Part shown: positions 50,630 through 60,907 of the stretch, piece by piece
Layout: each line of letters opens with the position of its first letter
How positions within the stretch are numbered: the first letter of the stretch is position 1
Origin: a virus
Taxonomy: Duplodnaviria; Heunggongvirae; Uroviricota; Caudoviricetes
IMG/VR virus record: IMGVR_UViG_3300029288_000059
Location: 32,001-96,000 of that record
DNA: 64,000 nucleotides
Reading direction: 5' to 3' (one strand)
Program-made: the position numbers and the translations under genes
Notes under the pieces: model-generated
What the model saw: only the letters and a program-made list of their open reading frames with translations
Databases searched by the model: none
What the model was told of the DNA's origin: nothing

Positions 50630-50832
50630 TATTTTGCCTCCCGTGCTTCTAAGATTGATTCTACATTATTAAGAACTTGTTGTAAATCATAACGCATTAA
50701 GCTATATGATTCACTATCCATAATTTCAGTATGAAGAATTATGGTAATTTCATTTTTACAATTAACCAATTCTTCATCGGTTACAGTTAAACAACGACTT
50801 AACTTTTCTTTTACTGTTATAATATTTGCCAT
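50629..50832 (-). CDS. Hypothetical early protein
   Basis: AAGGA RBS; conserved early promoter at 50892. Confidence 0.5.
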   Translation of the reverse strand: MANIITVKEKLSRCLTVTDEELVNCKNEITIILHTEIMDSESYSLMRYDLQQVLNNVESILEAREAK

Positions 50833-50938
50833 TGTTTTGTTCCTTTGTTTGTGTTTATAATTTAAGTATAACACATTATAATCTATTGTCAATAGTCATT
50901 TTAATAAATATAACAAATTAATATAGGAGCATAAGATA

Positions 50939-51259
50939 ATGGTTAACATATTAAAATTGTTAAACGAAGATTGCGTAAGTAATACATGGACAACAATAGA
51001 AATACATGAAGGTGATTATCCGGGTATTAAATTAGATAATGACGGTGTTTTGGGGTCACGTAGTTATGACAAAGGTAATTGTACATTAGATGTACATTTA
51101 GATTATAGCGTTCCATCTCTTAATGGGGTTCGTGCTATATATAAGGGCGAAGTTATTAAATTAGATACTGATAAGATGTCACCCGATTTTAAAAAGAAGA
51201 TAGATTCAATATTACAGGATGAAATACTTAAATTATTCACTGAATGGAATAATAAATGA
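50939..51259 (+). CDS. MVNILKL-leader small late protein
   Basis: MVNILKLLNE; AATAAATA at 50903; AGGAG RBS. Confidence 0.65.
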   Translation: MVNILKLLNEDCVSNTWTTIEIHEGDYPGIKLDNDGVLGSRSYDKGNCTLDVHLDYSVPSLNGVRAIYKGEVIKLDTDKMSPDFKKKIDSILQDEILKLFTEWNNK

Positions 51260-51678
51260 TTAAATCTATTGGGGCATTATTTATCGCACAAGACACGGGG
51301 AGGATATTATTAGCCCTGCGTTCTTCACGACAAAGTCACCCATTAGAATTTAGTTTATTTGGTGGTAAAGTTAATAGTGATGAAACGTTAATCGAAGGAT
51401 TAGAACGTGAATTACATGAGGAATTAGGACAGTTACCCCATATAGTTAAAACTATACCAATTGATGTATTTAAGAGTAAGGATAATAACTTTGAGTATTA
51501 CTCAATGTTAGTCGTAACTCCATGTGAATTTATACCTATATTGAATAGTGAGAACTCAGGTTATGTATGGGTACTACCAGGAGAATGGCCTAAGATGATT
51601 CATCCTGGTGCAAAATCTATGTTATTCAATCAATCATTTATTAGACAGATAAAGAAAATTATTAGTTCCCAAAAATAA
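51256..51678 (+). CDS. NUDIX hydrolase
   Basis: Nudix box GGKVNSDETLIEGLERELHEELG. Confidence 0.9.
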   Translation: MIKSIGALFIAQDTGRILLALRSSRQSHPLEFSLFGGKVNSDETLIEGLERELHEELGQLPHIVKTIPIDVFKSKDNNFEYYSMLVVTPCEFIPILNSENSGYVWVLPGEWPKMIHPGAKSMLFNQSFIRQIKKIISSQK

Positions 51679-51913
51679 GGGCATATACTAATGAATTATC
51701 AGTTGTATCACCCGCTTTAATAGCTTGCCAAGATGTACCATTCGATACTTCTAATAATCCACTTGTGGTATTCAATCTAACAACACCTTTATTACTTATC
51801 GGTGATATATTAGTACCATCACCAATTAGTACACCACCAGTACCACCAACTGAGATAATACCATCATCATTTGTTTCTATTACATTTTTTTTATGGTCTG
51901 TATTAATTGACAT
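51662..51913 (-). CDS. Small virion protein
   Basis: G.VRLNTT...LEV..G..W, ends ALIFG; in structural operon. Confidence 0.55.
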   Translation of the reverse strand: MSINTDHKKNVIETNDDGIISVGGTGGVLIGDGTNISPISNKGVVRLNTTSGLLEVSNGTSWQAIKAGDTTDNSLVYALIFGN

Positions 51914-51925
51914 TTTAAATTACTC

Positions 51926-52678
51926 CTAGAGAACTAATGTTTTAGTCATCATTTTCCAATTTACTTGATTGGTACCACTAACACCATATAATGTGAATCT
52001 TAAATAATTATTATATGCTGTTACAGTCACAGACCAATTTTCTGCATTACCTGATGAACGACCTAATAGTTGTATTGTTGGATTACCAATAATTGAAACA
52101 ACCCCCGCCACGTTAATGAATAATCCACTTATCTCCCAAGCTGCTACATCTGTTAATGTAACAATGTCTTTCGCTATAATAGAGGTATTAAATTTATGTG
52201 TACAACCCAATGTGGATGATAAATCTTTAATGACTGTTGTGCTACCAGTTATTGTTGATGCTGTATCCGAAATGATACCTTCCCCAGCACTAGGCCCAAT
52301 AGCAATCCAGTTTTCATTATAGTAGATATATAATGTTGTTGATACCGTATCAAAATATAAATCTGTATCATGTGCGGGTGATGGTCTAGTTGTATATAGG
52401 AATGTAATAGTCCTAAATTTATCAGTACCTGTTTCAGTAATACATATTTTAGGTTTAAGGGTAGAAGTATCAAACCATAGCTGACCAATTATTGGGTTGG
52501 CTGGTTCTGAATCAGATGCAAAATGTTCCATTAAATGAAGAAAGTTTTCATTTTGTACAGTACCAATACCAACAGTATCTTGTCCTATTAAGGATATAGA
52601 ACGGTTAGTATTAACTGTTTTTGGTGGTACAGTAGCTTCTAAATTACCATTAGTTCTTTTTATACTATATGTAGTCAT
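51926..52678 (-). CDS. Virion/baseplate-associated protein
   Basis: LIG....G..QNENFLHLMEHFA...P.NPI.GQLWFD. Confidence 0.65.
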   Translation of the reverse strand: MTTYSIKRTNGNLEATVPPKTVNTNRSISLIGQDTVGIGTVQNENFLHLMEHFASDSEPANPIIGQLWFDTSTLKPKICITETGTDKFRTITFLYTTRPSPAHDTDLYFDTVSTTLYIYYNENWIAIGPSAGEGIISDTASTITGSTTVIKDLSSTLGCTHKFNTSIIAKDIVTLTDVAAWEISGLFINVAGVVSIIGNPTIQLLGRSSGNAENWSVTVTAYNNYLRFTLYGVSGTNQVNWKMMTKTLVL

Positions 52679-52687
52679 CTGTAACCC

Positions 52688-53272
52688 CTATACCATTTGA
52701 ATTCTTATTTTATAGATAAACTTAAATCTTCTATTTAATGATTTTGTTAGTGGTGAAAATATGGCATGAGTAAGTAAATTACCATCATAGTCTTTTAATC
52801 CAATCTCATCAAACGTATAACTACCTTCAGTAGTTGAAGTAGTGTCTGTTAAGTTTTGACCAGTTGGCTCACCATAATCTAATGTACAAGTGACTGTTAA
52901 ATCAGAATATAAATTACCCGTAGTATGACTAACAGTCATAAAATTATTAGTAGGGTCAGTATTGGAAGTATTTAAATTATCAACTATTTTATAATATGTT
53001 GTATTATATAAATCCGCACCTTGTCCATCAACATTAGGTGTTTGATAACTAACTTCACCTAGTGCATTAACAACACTACCACCATTACCTAAGTATAACC
53101 AATTAATTGGACCCGTTGGTTTATTACCTAACGATTTTACAATTGCGTAACTTAGATTTTCAAAGTGAATATCATTATGAGTTTCAAACACAGTTGATAA
53201 GACATTGTCATTACTGTCAACATCTAATATCGTGATAAACCCTTGTGCTTTAACTTGTGCTACTTCTAACAT
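52688..53272 (-). CDS. Virion structural protein (tail/baseplate)
   Basis: N.IHFEN, GNGG, CTLDYGEP.GQ, FDEIGL, LLTH.IF.P..KSLNR; TATAAATA(-) at 53298-53305. Confidence 0.65.
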   Translation of the reverse strand: MLEVAQVKAQGFITILDVDSNDNVLSTVFETHNDIHFENLSYAIVKSLGNKPTGPINWLYLGNGGSVVNALGEVSYQTPNVDGQGADLYNTTYYKIVDNLNTSNTDPTNNFMTVSHTTGNLYSDLTVTCTLDYGEPTGQNLTDTTSTTEGSYTFDEIGLKDYDGNLLTHAIFSPLTKSLNRRFKFIYKIRIQMV

Positions 53273-53328
53273 CTAATATAACCCTCATTATTTGTTATAT
53301 TTATAAAAATAGTGATAGGTTAAAATAA

Positions 53329-56300
53329 TCAATTTATAATCCTTAATAGTCCACCCACGTTAGGCGTGAATGTGAGCTTTATAGCTTTATTACTATAAAT
53401 GTAATCAACACCTTTAGTTAGACGTTTAATCGTACTACCTTGTATAACCATTCCAGTAGATTTAGTTGTTAGTTCCACATCTACATCATTCGTATAAATG
53501 TCTTTTAATACGTCATATACATTAGTATACGTATCGACTTTTTTAAAGAAGTATTTAATTTCATTTAGCCATACTTCCCCATGTTTAGTTGGTAAAATAC
53601 CATTAATCGTTACTTTGCTATCGTTGTAAATGAAAACACTATTACCCGATGTATTAGATAGTCCTAATATGGATAAATTGTCAAGCGAAGTAAGATTGTT
53701 AATCTCTATACCACTACCAGCAGTATTGATAATTTGTAATTTATTATTTTTAACTTGGGCCATTATGTATTGAATATCTGCATTATTAATATCATTAACA
53801 ATATCTAACGTTGTTGTACCAGTAAAGATAACATCCGTCCCATTGATTGATATACCATTATAACCATCCACCGTAACAGAACTATTATTACCTAGTATTG
53901 TAGCACCAAATAAGTCTTGTAATGGATAACCTAGTGCATTACCTAATACTAATGATAATCCATTTTTAACAGAGAATCTTAACGTGTGATATGATGTTGT
54001 ATAATTAGTTGTAATGGTAACAATTTCGGAACTAACACCATATTTGATAGCCGTTAAGTTCGTATTAATTGTAGTTACTAAATCTTCCCAATCAATAGAA
54101 GTGATTATAATAGGAAACGTTTCACCCTCAATGGTAAAATTAATAATATCACCAATAGTTAATTCCCCTATGTAATTATTACCATTGTCTATTATCGTAT
54201 TATCTGGCAAATTAAGAACGGATGAATCATTAACGTTTATAGTGGTATCGTTAGACGTAAGGTCACTATATAACTTGGTAGCGGGGATATAATCAACTCT
54301 TATATCATCTATATTGTGAATAGTTCCTCTTATATGATACCATGTATCAAAATTAGAATCTAAGTTATGGGTAATCTTATTAACTTTGGGTAATACATAG
54401 GGAGTTTTGTATTTGTTATGATAATCAATAACCGTCTCACCACTATAATGAGTAACAGAACTATCCATTTCTAAATCAGATATTGTATTGGTTGTATAGT
54501 CTATACTCCAAAACTTAATAATGTCATTATTGATTAATATCTGTCCAGGAATTGAGTTTTTAGGATTACGATGTTTATACGGTGGGGTTATAACAGTCAC
54601 ATCACTTAATATGATTGAATTACTATTAGGTGTTAAGTCATTCGCTAATGTAGTAATATGTTTATCATTAATAGTATGTTGAACCCATTCATTACCTTGT
54701 TTTTTAATAATAAAAGTAGATGGTTCACTACCCTTAGTTTCTAATTCATAAATTACTTGAACGACTCGTTCATCTTCATTTGTAGGTAGTATCAATTTAT
54801 CATCATTAATAAAGTAATCAACCCCTTTATGTTGAAACAAACCATCAATGAACACACCTAATAATTTATCATCCGTTATTGGAGTTGATAGGGGTATTGT
54901 ACTTTCAACAGTATTAAAAACTTCAGTTATCAACTTAGTCGAAATTTGATTCTTATATGTATAGATATCTACATTTGAACTTGTAGCTAATGTTAAGATA
55001 TTGTTCGTAATATAATAATCGTTTGTTAAGTTATGCGTATATATATCAATAACTGTTCCTAATACCATAGTACCTAAAAAGGTAATAGTATTATCAATCA
55101 TCGAATATTGAGTAGTAGGAGTACCATCTACATAGACAGTATAGTCACCTACATAATTAGATGGTGCAAATGTCTTATATGATACGGTTGCATCATTAAC
55201 AACATATCTTTTATGATATTGTGGTGTTAATAGTTTCCCTGTTGTATCAAATACGTGTATGGCTTGATAATTCATTGGTACAGTAAGGTTATAGTGTTGT
55301 AGTGTAATTGTACTAGTATTAGATGAGTTCTGTTTGTAGACCCTATTAAAAACGTCCGATACAGAAGAATATACGGTTATAATAACAGTACTATTTGTTG
55401 GTTGAGTGGATAAGGTAATTGTTTTATCATTTAATGTAAAATCTACATAGTTACCATCAACGGTTATTACAATGTAACTAACATCGGTTACGATAGATTC
55501 AATTATATGTGAGATATCAGAATTGTTATATTTAATGATTCTTTCTTCTACTCGTCCACCACCATCTTTAAAGGTAATAATGTCTACATAGTTAGATGGG
55601 ATTATGTTGATGGTTGGATTTGTTATATGTGTATCAGTTTTAATATCCGCCCAATTCAAAGTATAGTTATTAGTATATAATCTATCATTAAATACCCAAA
55701 TAGATTCATTTGATTGTGGTAATTGGGGTAGTTCAAGTTGATTGTTAAATACTTCATTATTATTAATATGTAATTGAGATATGGTAGTGGCAATATAATC
55801 AGTTGTACCCGTAAAGTTAGTATCATACGGCATACTATCAAATGGAGTATCATCATATCCACTTGTTATATTATAGATATTCTTATCATTCGTTTCTACG
55901 GTGATTTGTATATCTTCATAGGTTAAGACTCTTGATAACTCTTCAGGTCTGTTTCTCTCCCATTTTGGGCGGAGCAATCCATCACCATTGAATATATAAT
56001 CCATCTCTGATATATCTTGAAACCCAGTAGAAGAATATATTTTATCATATATGTAATTAAAATCTAATACTGCTATAAAGACTATACTATTTTCTAATGG
56101 TGCAGAAGTTAGAACAACACAGTTATTGATGACTGTGAAGTCGGTAATGTTTGTTCTTATATCATTATTAGTGATATAAACTTCTACTTTGTTAGTATGA
56201 TAATTCGTTGTAGGTAATTCGAATATAGTTGAACCGATTGATTTAATAGCACGAACGGTTGTATCATCTTCTTGTCCGAGTTCAAAAGGTGCCACATTAC

Positions 56301-56907
56301 CATCAGTTATATAATAATATGCTTCGAATGTTGGTCCATCATATCCTTTAGAGAAGTAATAGTCATTATCATAACCAATATTAGTCGAATCAAAATCTGC
56401 ACCATTTATAGTGTAAGATTTAAAATCACAACCGAGTATCTCACTAATGTTTAATTGATACGCGGAACTAGAATCATAATAAGTATAAATTCTATTAGCG
56501 GCATTATTCATATTGGTAGTTATATCATTAACTGTTGTATCATAGTTAATAGAATCATATCCACCACAATCATACCCACCCAATTCAGGAGTAATTGATA
56601 TACGGTCAAAGTTAATCGTTACTTCTTGAGATAACGTATCAGTAGCTTCAATATTACCTATATCATCAGTCGTATTATATTCTTCAGTTAGTACTGATAT
56701 TTTTGAATGGTATGGTTTAGTTTCATTAATAAAGTCACGGAAGTATGCATTCTTGTCTGTAGTATCTAATAATGCATTTTGACCTAATACTTGTGATAAG
56801 CCAGATATATCAATAATGGACGTTTTAAAAGCCCAATCAACATTCTCTTGTTCAGAAAATATCTGATGTAACAATGTAAAGAAGACTTTGTTTTGTGCTT
56901 TAGTCAT
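53329..56907 (-). CDS. Large baseplate wedge / tail structural protein
   Basis: FSEQ..VDWAFKTS, INETKPYHSKI, GYD..YD repeats, PEEL; Thr/Asn-rich. Confidence 0.6.
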   Translation of the reverse strand: MTKAQNKVFFTLLHQIFSEQENVDWAFKTSIIDISGLSQVLGQNALLDTTDKNAYFRDFINETKPYHSKISVLTEEYNTTDDIGNIEATDTLSQEVTINFDRISITPELGGYDCGGYDSINYDTTVNDITTNMNNAANRIYTYYDSSSAYQLNISEILGCDFKSYTINGADFDSTNIGYDNDYYFSKGYDGPTFEAYYYITDGNVAPFELGQEDDTTVRAIKSIGSTIFELPTTNYHTNKVEVYITNNDIRTNITDFTVINNCVVLTSAPLENSIVFIAVLDFNYIYDKIYSSTGFQDISEMDYIFNGDGLLRPKWERNRPEELSRVLTYEDIQITVETNDKNIYNITSGYDDTPFDSMPYDTNFTGTTDYIATTISQLHINNNEVFNNQLELPQLPQSNESIWVFNDRLYTNNYTLNWADIKTDTHITNPTINIIPSNYVDIITFKDGGGRVEERIIKYNNSDISHIIESIVTDVSYIVITVDGNYVDFTLNDKTITLSTQPTNSTVIITVYSSVSDVFNRVYKQNSSNTSTITLQHYNLTVPMNYQAIHVFDTTGKLLTPQYHKRYVVNDATVSYKTFAPSNYVGDYTVYVDGTPTTQYSMIDNTITFLGTMVLGTVIDIYTHNLTNDYYITNNILTLATSSNVDIYTYKNQISTKLITEVFNTVESTIPLSTPITDDKLLGVFIDGLFQHKGVDYFINDDKLILPTNEDERVVQVIYELETKGSEPSTFIIKKQGNEWVQHTINDKHITTLANDLTPNSNSIILSDVTVITPPYKHRNPKNSIPGQILINNDIIKFWSIDYTTNTISDLEMDSSVTHYSGETVIDYHNKYKTPYVLPKVNKITHNLDSNFDTWYHIRGTIHNIDDIRVDYIPATKLYSDLTSNDTTINVNDSSVLNLPDNTIIDNGNNYIGELTIGDIINFTIEGETFPIIITSIDWEDLVTTINTNLTAIKYGVSSEIVTITTNYTTSYHTLRFSVKNGLSLVLGNALGYPLQDLFGATILGNNSSVTVDGYNGISINGTDVIFTGTTTLDIVNDINNADIQYIMAQVKNNKLQIINTAGSGIEINNLTSLDNLSILGLSNTSGNSVFIYNDSKVTINGILPTKHGEVWLNEIKYFFKKVDTYTNVYDVLKDIYTNDVDVELTTKSTGMVIQGSTIKRLTKGVDYIYSNKAIKLTFTPNVGGLLRIIN

Positions 56908-56998
56908 TACTGTTAATACCCTTCATCTGTTAATACTATTTATTAAGACGATAACTATTATAAATAATGTAGTGATTCATCAATCGGAGTAATATAAT

Positions 56999-57820
56999 AT
57001 GTCACATGGTTTAAGCAAGAAATGGTTTGATAATACTACCAATACCGGGAAACAATTTATCATTCATGGTAATTTAAGTGGTACTGTTGGTAGTGGTTAT
57101 ATCAATAAGCAAGTTGGTTCACGCCGTTATGATTCAACTATTGGTTCTGATACAGGTAGACTTGCATTGGTTGGTAATGAAACTCCAGCATTAAACGAAG
57201 GATTTATTAAGGTATATCCTTTCGGTGCTGGTAATGTTGAAGTTGGACATGGTGCTAATTTAACAGCTGTTATGGAACTTGATACGGCTACAATTAATGT
57301 AGGTGGTAGTGGTTATGAAGTAGGTGATACTATTTCTGTTGGTAATGGTACAGTTATTACCGTTTCTACTGTTGATGGTAGTGGTGTAATTTTAACTTTC
57401 GCATTAACCAATAGAGGTTCATTTACTACTATTTCAAGTTATACTGGTGTTGCAACTAGTGCAGTAAGTAGTGATGGTATTGATTCAACTTTTAATCTTA
57501 CATTTAGATTAAAAGATGTTACTATCGTTAGTGGTGGTGTTAGTTACGATGTAGCACCAACAGTAACCATTGATGGTAATGCAACTATCACAGTTACAAG
57601 AACTAATGGTGTTATTACTAGTAAAACAGTTACTGCTGTTGGTAGTGGTTATACTTCAATTCCTGTGATTCATGTAACTGCAAATACCGAAGGTGCCGTA
57701 TACGAATTAGCACACAAGATTAATCGTCATGTAGTTGTTACATTTAGTGGTAATACATATAAATGGAATAAAGATATCGATGCAAGTGTTGATGGTGAAG
57801 CAGATATCGAATCTGCTTAG
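56999..57820 (+). CDS. Virion structural protein (Gly/Thr-rich)
   Basis: TATAAATA at 56959; GGSGY and GSGYT repeats. Confidence 0.6.
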   Translation: MSHGLSKKWFDNTTNTGKQFIIHGNLSGTVGSGYINKQVGSRRYDSTIGSDTGRLALVGNETPALNEGFIKVYPFGAGNVEVGHGANLTAVMELDTATINVGGSGYEVGDTISVGNGTVITVSTVDGSGVILTFALTNRGSFTTISSYTGVATSAVSSDGIDSTFNLTFRLKDVTIVSGGVSYDVAPTVTIDGNATITVTRTNGVITSKTVTAVGSGYTSIPVIHVTANTEGAVYELAHKINRHVVVTFSGNTYKWNKDIDASVDGEADIESA

Positions 57821-57840
57821 TTTATAATACAATATAGTTA

Positions 57841-57876
57841 AAAAATAGTGGGAATTAAAAACTCCCACTATTTTTT
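57841..57876. terminator. Bidirectional intrinsic terminator
   Basis: AAAAATAGTGGGA...TCCCACTATTTTTT. Confidence 0.75.
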
Positions 57877-57878
57877 AT

Positions 57879-58328
57879 TCACTTATAATTCTTCCCATCA
57901 GGGGTTGTAACTTTAACGTAGGATACATAGTCGTCAAACGAGCGACAATAGTGATTTTTATTAGCTGTTTCGATGTCAATTTCATCATACTCAACCGATA
58001 CATTCACCAATTCCCACGAATCATCTTTTGTTTTAGCCCAATATAATCCAATTTCGAGATTATATTTAGATAATAATTTGTTATCTTCAGTATCTGAAAT
58101 ACAACGAAGTAAACGGTCGTTTAATTCATCAGACAATAGATTTAGACTGTTAAAGTAATCATGGTTGATATAAATTTCGTCAATATTATCACGTTCTTCC
58201 CGTTTATGAATCGCATTAATAACATATTCTTCACCATACAACTTACATAACTCATTGTATGCTCTTTTATGGGTAACGCCACAGCTATAACTAATATCAT
58301 TCCATAATTGTTTTTCTGTTTTACTCAT
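57879..58328 (-). CDS. Hypothetical protein
   Basis: GGAG RBS. Confidence 0.55.
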   Translation of the reverse strand: MSKTEKQLWNDISYSCGVTHKRAYNELCKLYGEEYVINAIHKREERDNIDEIYINHDYFNSLNLLSDELNDRLLRCISDTEDNKLLSKYNLEIGLYWAKTKDDSWELVNVSVEYDEIDIETANKNHYCRSFDDYVSYVKVTTPDGKNYK

Positions 58329-58541
58329 CAGTTTAATACTCCCGAAATAATTAAATGAAGTAGAGGGACGGTAGCATAATCATTAACCCATGATGATAAA
58401 CGTATATCATCATTATGTTTGATTCTTAATGCCATTGTTGTTCTCCTCATTAATTGTTTATAATTTAATAATAACATATTACGATATAATGTCAATATCC
58501 ATTTTTAATAAATATAGTTAATAGTGATAAGGAAGATTAGT

Positions 58542-59777
58542 ATGGTAAACATCTTAAAATTATTAAACGAATATAGGGTCTATAACGACAATACTTTAAG
58601 TGACTACTTAAAGCAATACATTCAAAATCCTTATCTTTATAAGTTATTTTATAAAGAAATATCTAATAATCCAAAATATATGTCCAAAATAACATCTAAA
58701 CTTACTAATGAATGGGATATTAAAGACAAAGAAAATGATACATTACGCGAATTTGAACCAAATGACGACTTAACTAACCAACTAATACATATACGTGATT
58801 GGATTACTCGCAGTAATCCAAATCCAGCCACATTTAACACTATTAAAAATATTGATATGGCTTTTAATATAGCAGAAACTTGGTTTAATAAACAAAAAGT
58901 AACAAATACACAAGATGGTGTTACTGGTACTAAATTAATACATACATATAGTGATGGTTATAAGATATTACAACTACTTACTCCATTAGCACTTGATTAC
59001 GAATCACAACACATGGGGCATTGTGTGGGTAAAGGCGGTTATGATACGAATGTTACTAGTGGAAAAACTATAATTTACTCACTAAGGGATACTAAAAATA
59101 TACCCCATGCTACATTAGAAGTAACTGATAATATACTCGAACAGATAAAGGGTAAGCAAAATCAACCAGTTGTTGAGAAATATCGCGACTATATAGCTAC
59201 TTTTATTAATCTTAATAACTTTAAAGATGTTAATGATATTAAGAGTATTGGTATGATTAAATTAGATAACAAAATATATACACTAAAACAATTATACGAA
59301 ATGAAGGATATTGTTGTTAAAGGAGATGTAAATTTAAGTAGTATGGGATTAACCAAGTTACCTCACTTCAAAAGCATAGGTGGTTATTTAGATTGTAGAG
59401 GTAACCAATTAACAAGTTTAGAAGGTTGTCCTACTAGTATAGGTGGTTATTTAAATTGTTATCATAACCAATTAACTAGTTTGAAGGGTTGTGCTACTTA
59501 TATAGGTGGTAGTTTAAATTGTAGTGGTAACCAATTAACAAGTTTAGAGGGTTGTCCAATTAGTATAGGTGGTGTTTTTAATTGTATGCATAATGCATTA
59601 ACTAGCTTACGATATGGTCCTAAGTATGTAGGTGGTGATTTATGGTGTAACGATAACAAATTAACCAGTTTAAAATATTGTGCTACTAGTATAGGTGGTG
59701 GGTTATATTGTTATGATAACAAAGTAGAATTATCGCGTCCTAAGGGTATTAAGATAGGTGATGGATTTAGTAATTAA
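58542..59777 (+). CDS. MVNILKL-leader protein with PcfJ-like domain and five 21-aa LRR-like repeats
   Basis: Close paralog of 14223; AATAAATA at 58507; AAGGA RBS before ATG at 58542. Confidence 0.75.
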   Translation: MVNILKLLNEYRVYNDNTLSDYLKQYIQNPYLYKLFYKEISNNPKYMSKITSKLTNEWDIKDKENDTLREFEPNDDLTNQLIHIRDWITRSNPNPATFNTIKNIDMAFNIAETWFNKQKVTNTQDGVTGTKLIHTYSDGYKILQLLTPLALDYESQHMGHCVGKGGYDTNVTSGKTIIYSLRDTKNIPHATLEVTDNILEQIKGKQNQPVVEKYRDYIATFINLNNFKDVNDIKSIGMIKLDNKIYTLKQLYEMKDIVVKGDVNLSSMGLTKLPHFKSIGGYLDCRGNQLTSLEGCPTSIGGYLNCYHNQLTSLKGCATYIGGSLNCSGNQLTSLEGCPISIGGVFNCMHNALTSLRYGPKYVGGDLWCNDNKLTSLKYCATSIGGGLYCYDNKVELSRPKGIKIGDGFSN

Positions 59778-59842
59778 TAACTATTGGTGGTGATTTTATA
59801 AATTAAATAAAAGAATACATAAAAATAACTTAGGGGATTGAT

Positions 59843-60907
59843 ATGGTTCATCATTATTTTGCTAGTAAGAAAAACGGAGATTATAATTTCATTGATAAAT
59901 CAATATTATCATGGATGGAAATGGGGGGTGCTTGTTTGCATATATATAAGTATCTTGGACCAAAGGAAACTACGTCTACCGATTTAACATTGTCTAATAC
60001 GTTAAATGAATCAAGTATTGGTGATACAGTATTAATGACTAATGCTACTAGAAGATATTCAACTGATTTTTATGAAATATTCGGCCTTACTACATTATCT
60101 GATGTTAAATTTGATTTATCACAGTTTGGTTTTTCATTATCAACAACCGATACTTTATATTTTACATTCCATATAAACGATTCAGTTAAACGTATTGGTA
60201 GAAAATTAATGTGTGGTGATATTATTGAATGTACATTTATGCGTGATGCCGATATATTAGACGAAGATAAAGCAGCTATTAATAGATTTTATGTAATACA
60301 AGATGTAGATAGAGATGCAGCTGGATACTCAGCAACATGGAAACCACACTTATTAAAATGTCGTGCAACCGTATTAACAGATAGTCCTGAATTTTCTGAT
60401 ATATTAGGTAGTGTAGATGACCCTAATTCATTAAAATCAAACTTATCAACATATAAACAAGAAATGTCAATTATGGATACTTTATTGGCACAAGCAGATA
60501 TAGAAGTACCTTATAATGGATTTAGTGAACATCAGTTCTGGGTAGACCCTAGTGTTGAAACTAACGCATTAGATAAATGTGAATGTACGAGTGCGGATAC
60601 TGGTGTTGATGGGATACCGATTAATATGAATCCAAATGATGTAGAACGAGGTACTTACTTCCCACCATCCCCAACCGATAATATGTATTATCTAAGAACC
60701 GATTATCCGGAACCAAGATTGTTTAAATATTATAAGAATCGCTGGAGATTGATTGAAGTTAATACTAAGAAAGCATGGACTCCAGGACCACAACCAATCG
60801 TAGACTTAATTAATAATACAACAACGTTTACAGATGAAGAGAAGAATCTTGTTAAAAGCAGACAAGCATTATCACAAGTTGTTAAACCAAGAGATGAATT
60901 ATATTAA
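59843..60907 (+). CDS. Neck / head-completion protein (gp14-like)
   Basis: DY.FID, HIYKYLGP, FDLSQFG, FHIND...IGRKLM.GDI.E, W.PHL. Confidence 0.6.
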   Translation: MVHHYFASKKNGDYNFIDKSILSWMEMGGACLHIYKYLGPKETTSTDLTLSNTLNESSIGDTVLMTNATRRYSTDFYEIFGLTTLSDVKFDLSQFGFSLSTTDTLYFTFHINDSVKRIGRKLMCGDIIECTFMRDADILDEDKAAINRFYVIQDVDRDAAGYSATWKPHLLKCRATVLTDSPEFSDILGSVDDPNSLKSNLSTYKQEMSIMDTLLAQADIEVPYNGFSEHQFWVDPSVETNALDKCECTSADTGVDGIPINMNPNDVERGTYFPPSPTDNMYYLRTDYPEPRLFKYYKNRWRLIEVNTKKAWTPGPQPIVDLINNTTTFTDEEKNLVKSRQALSQVVKPRDELY

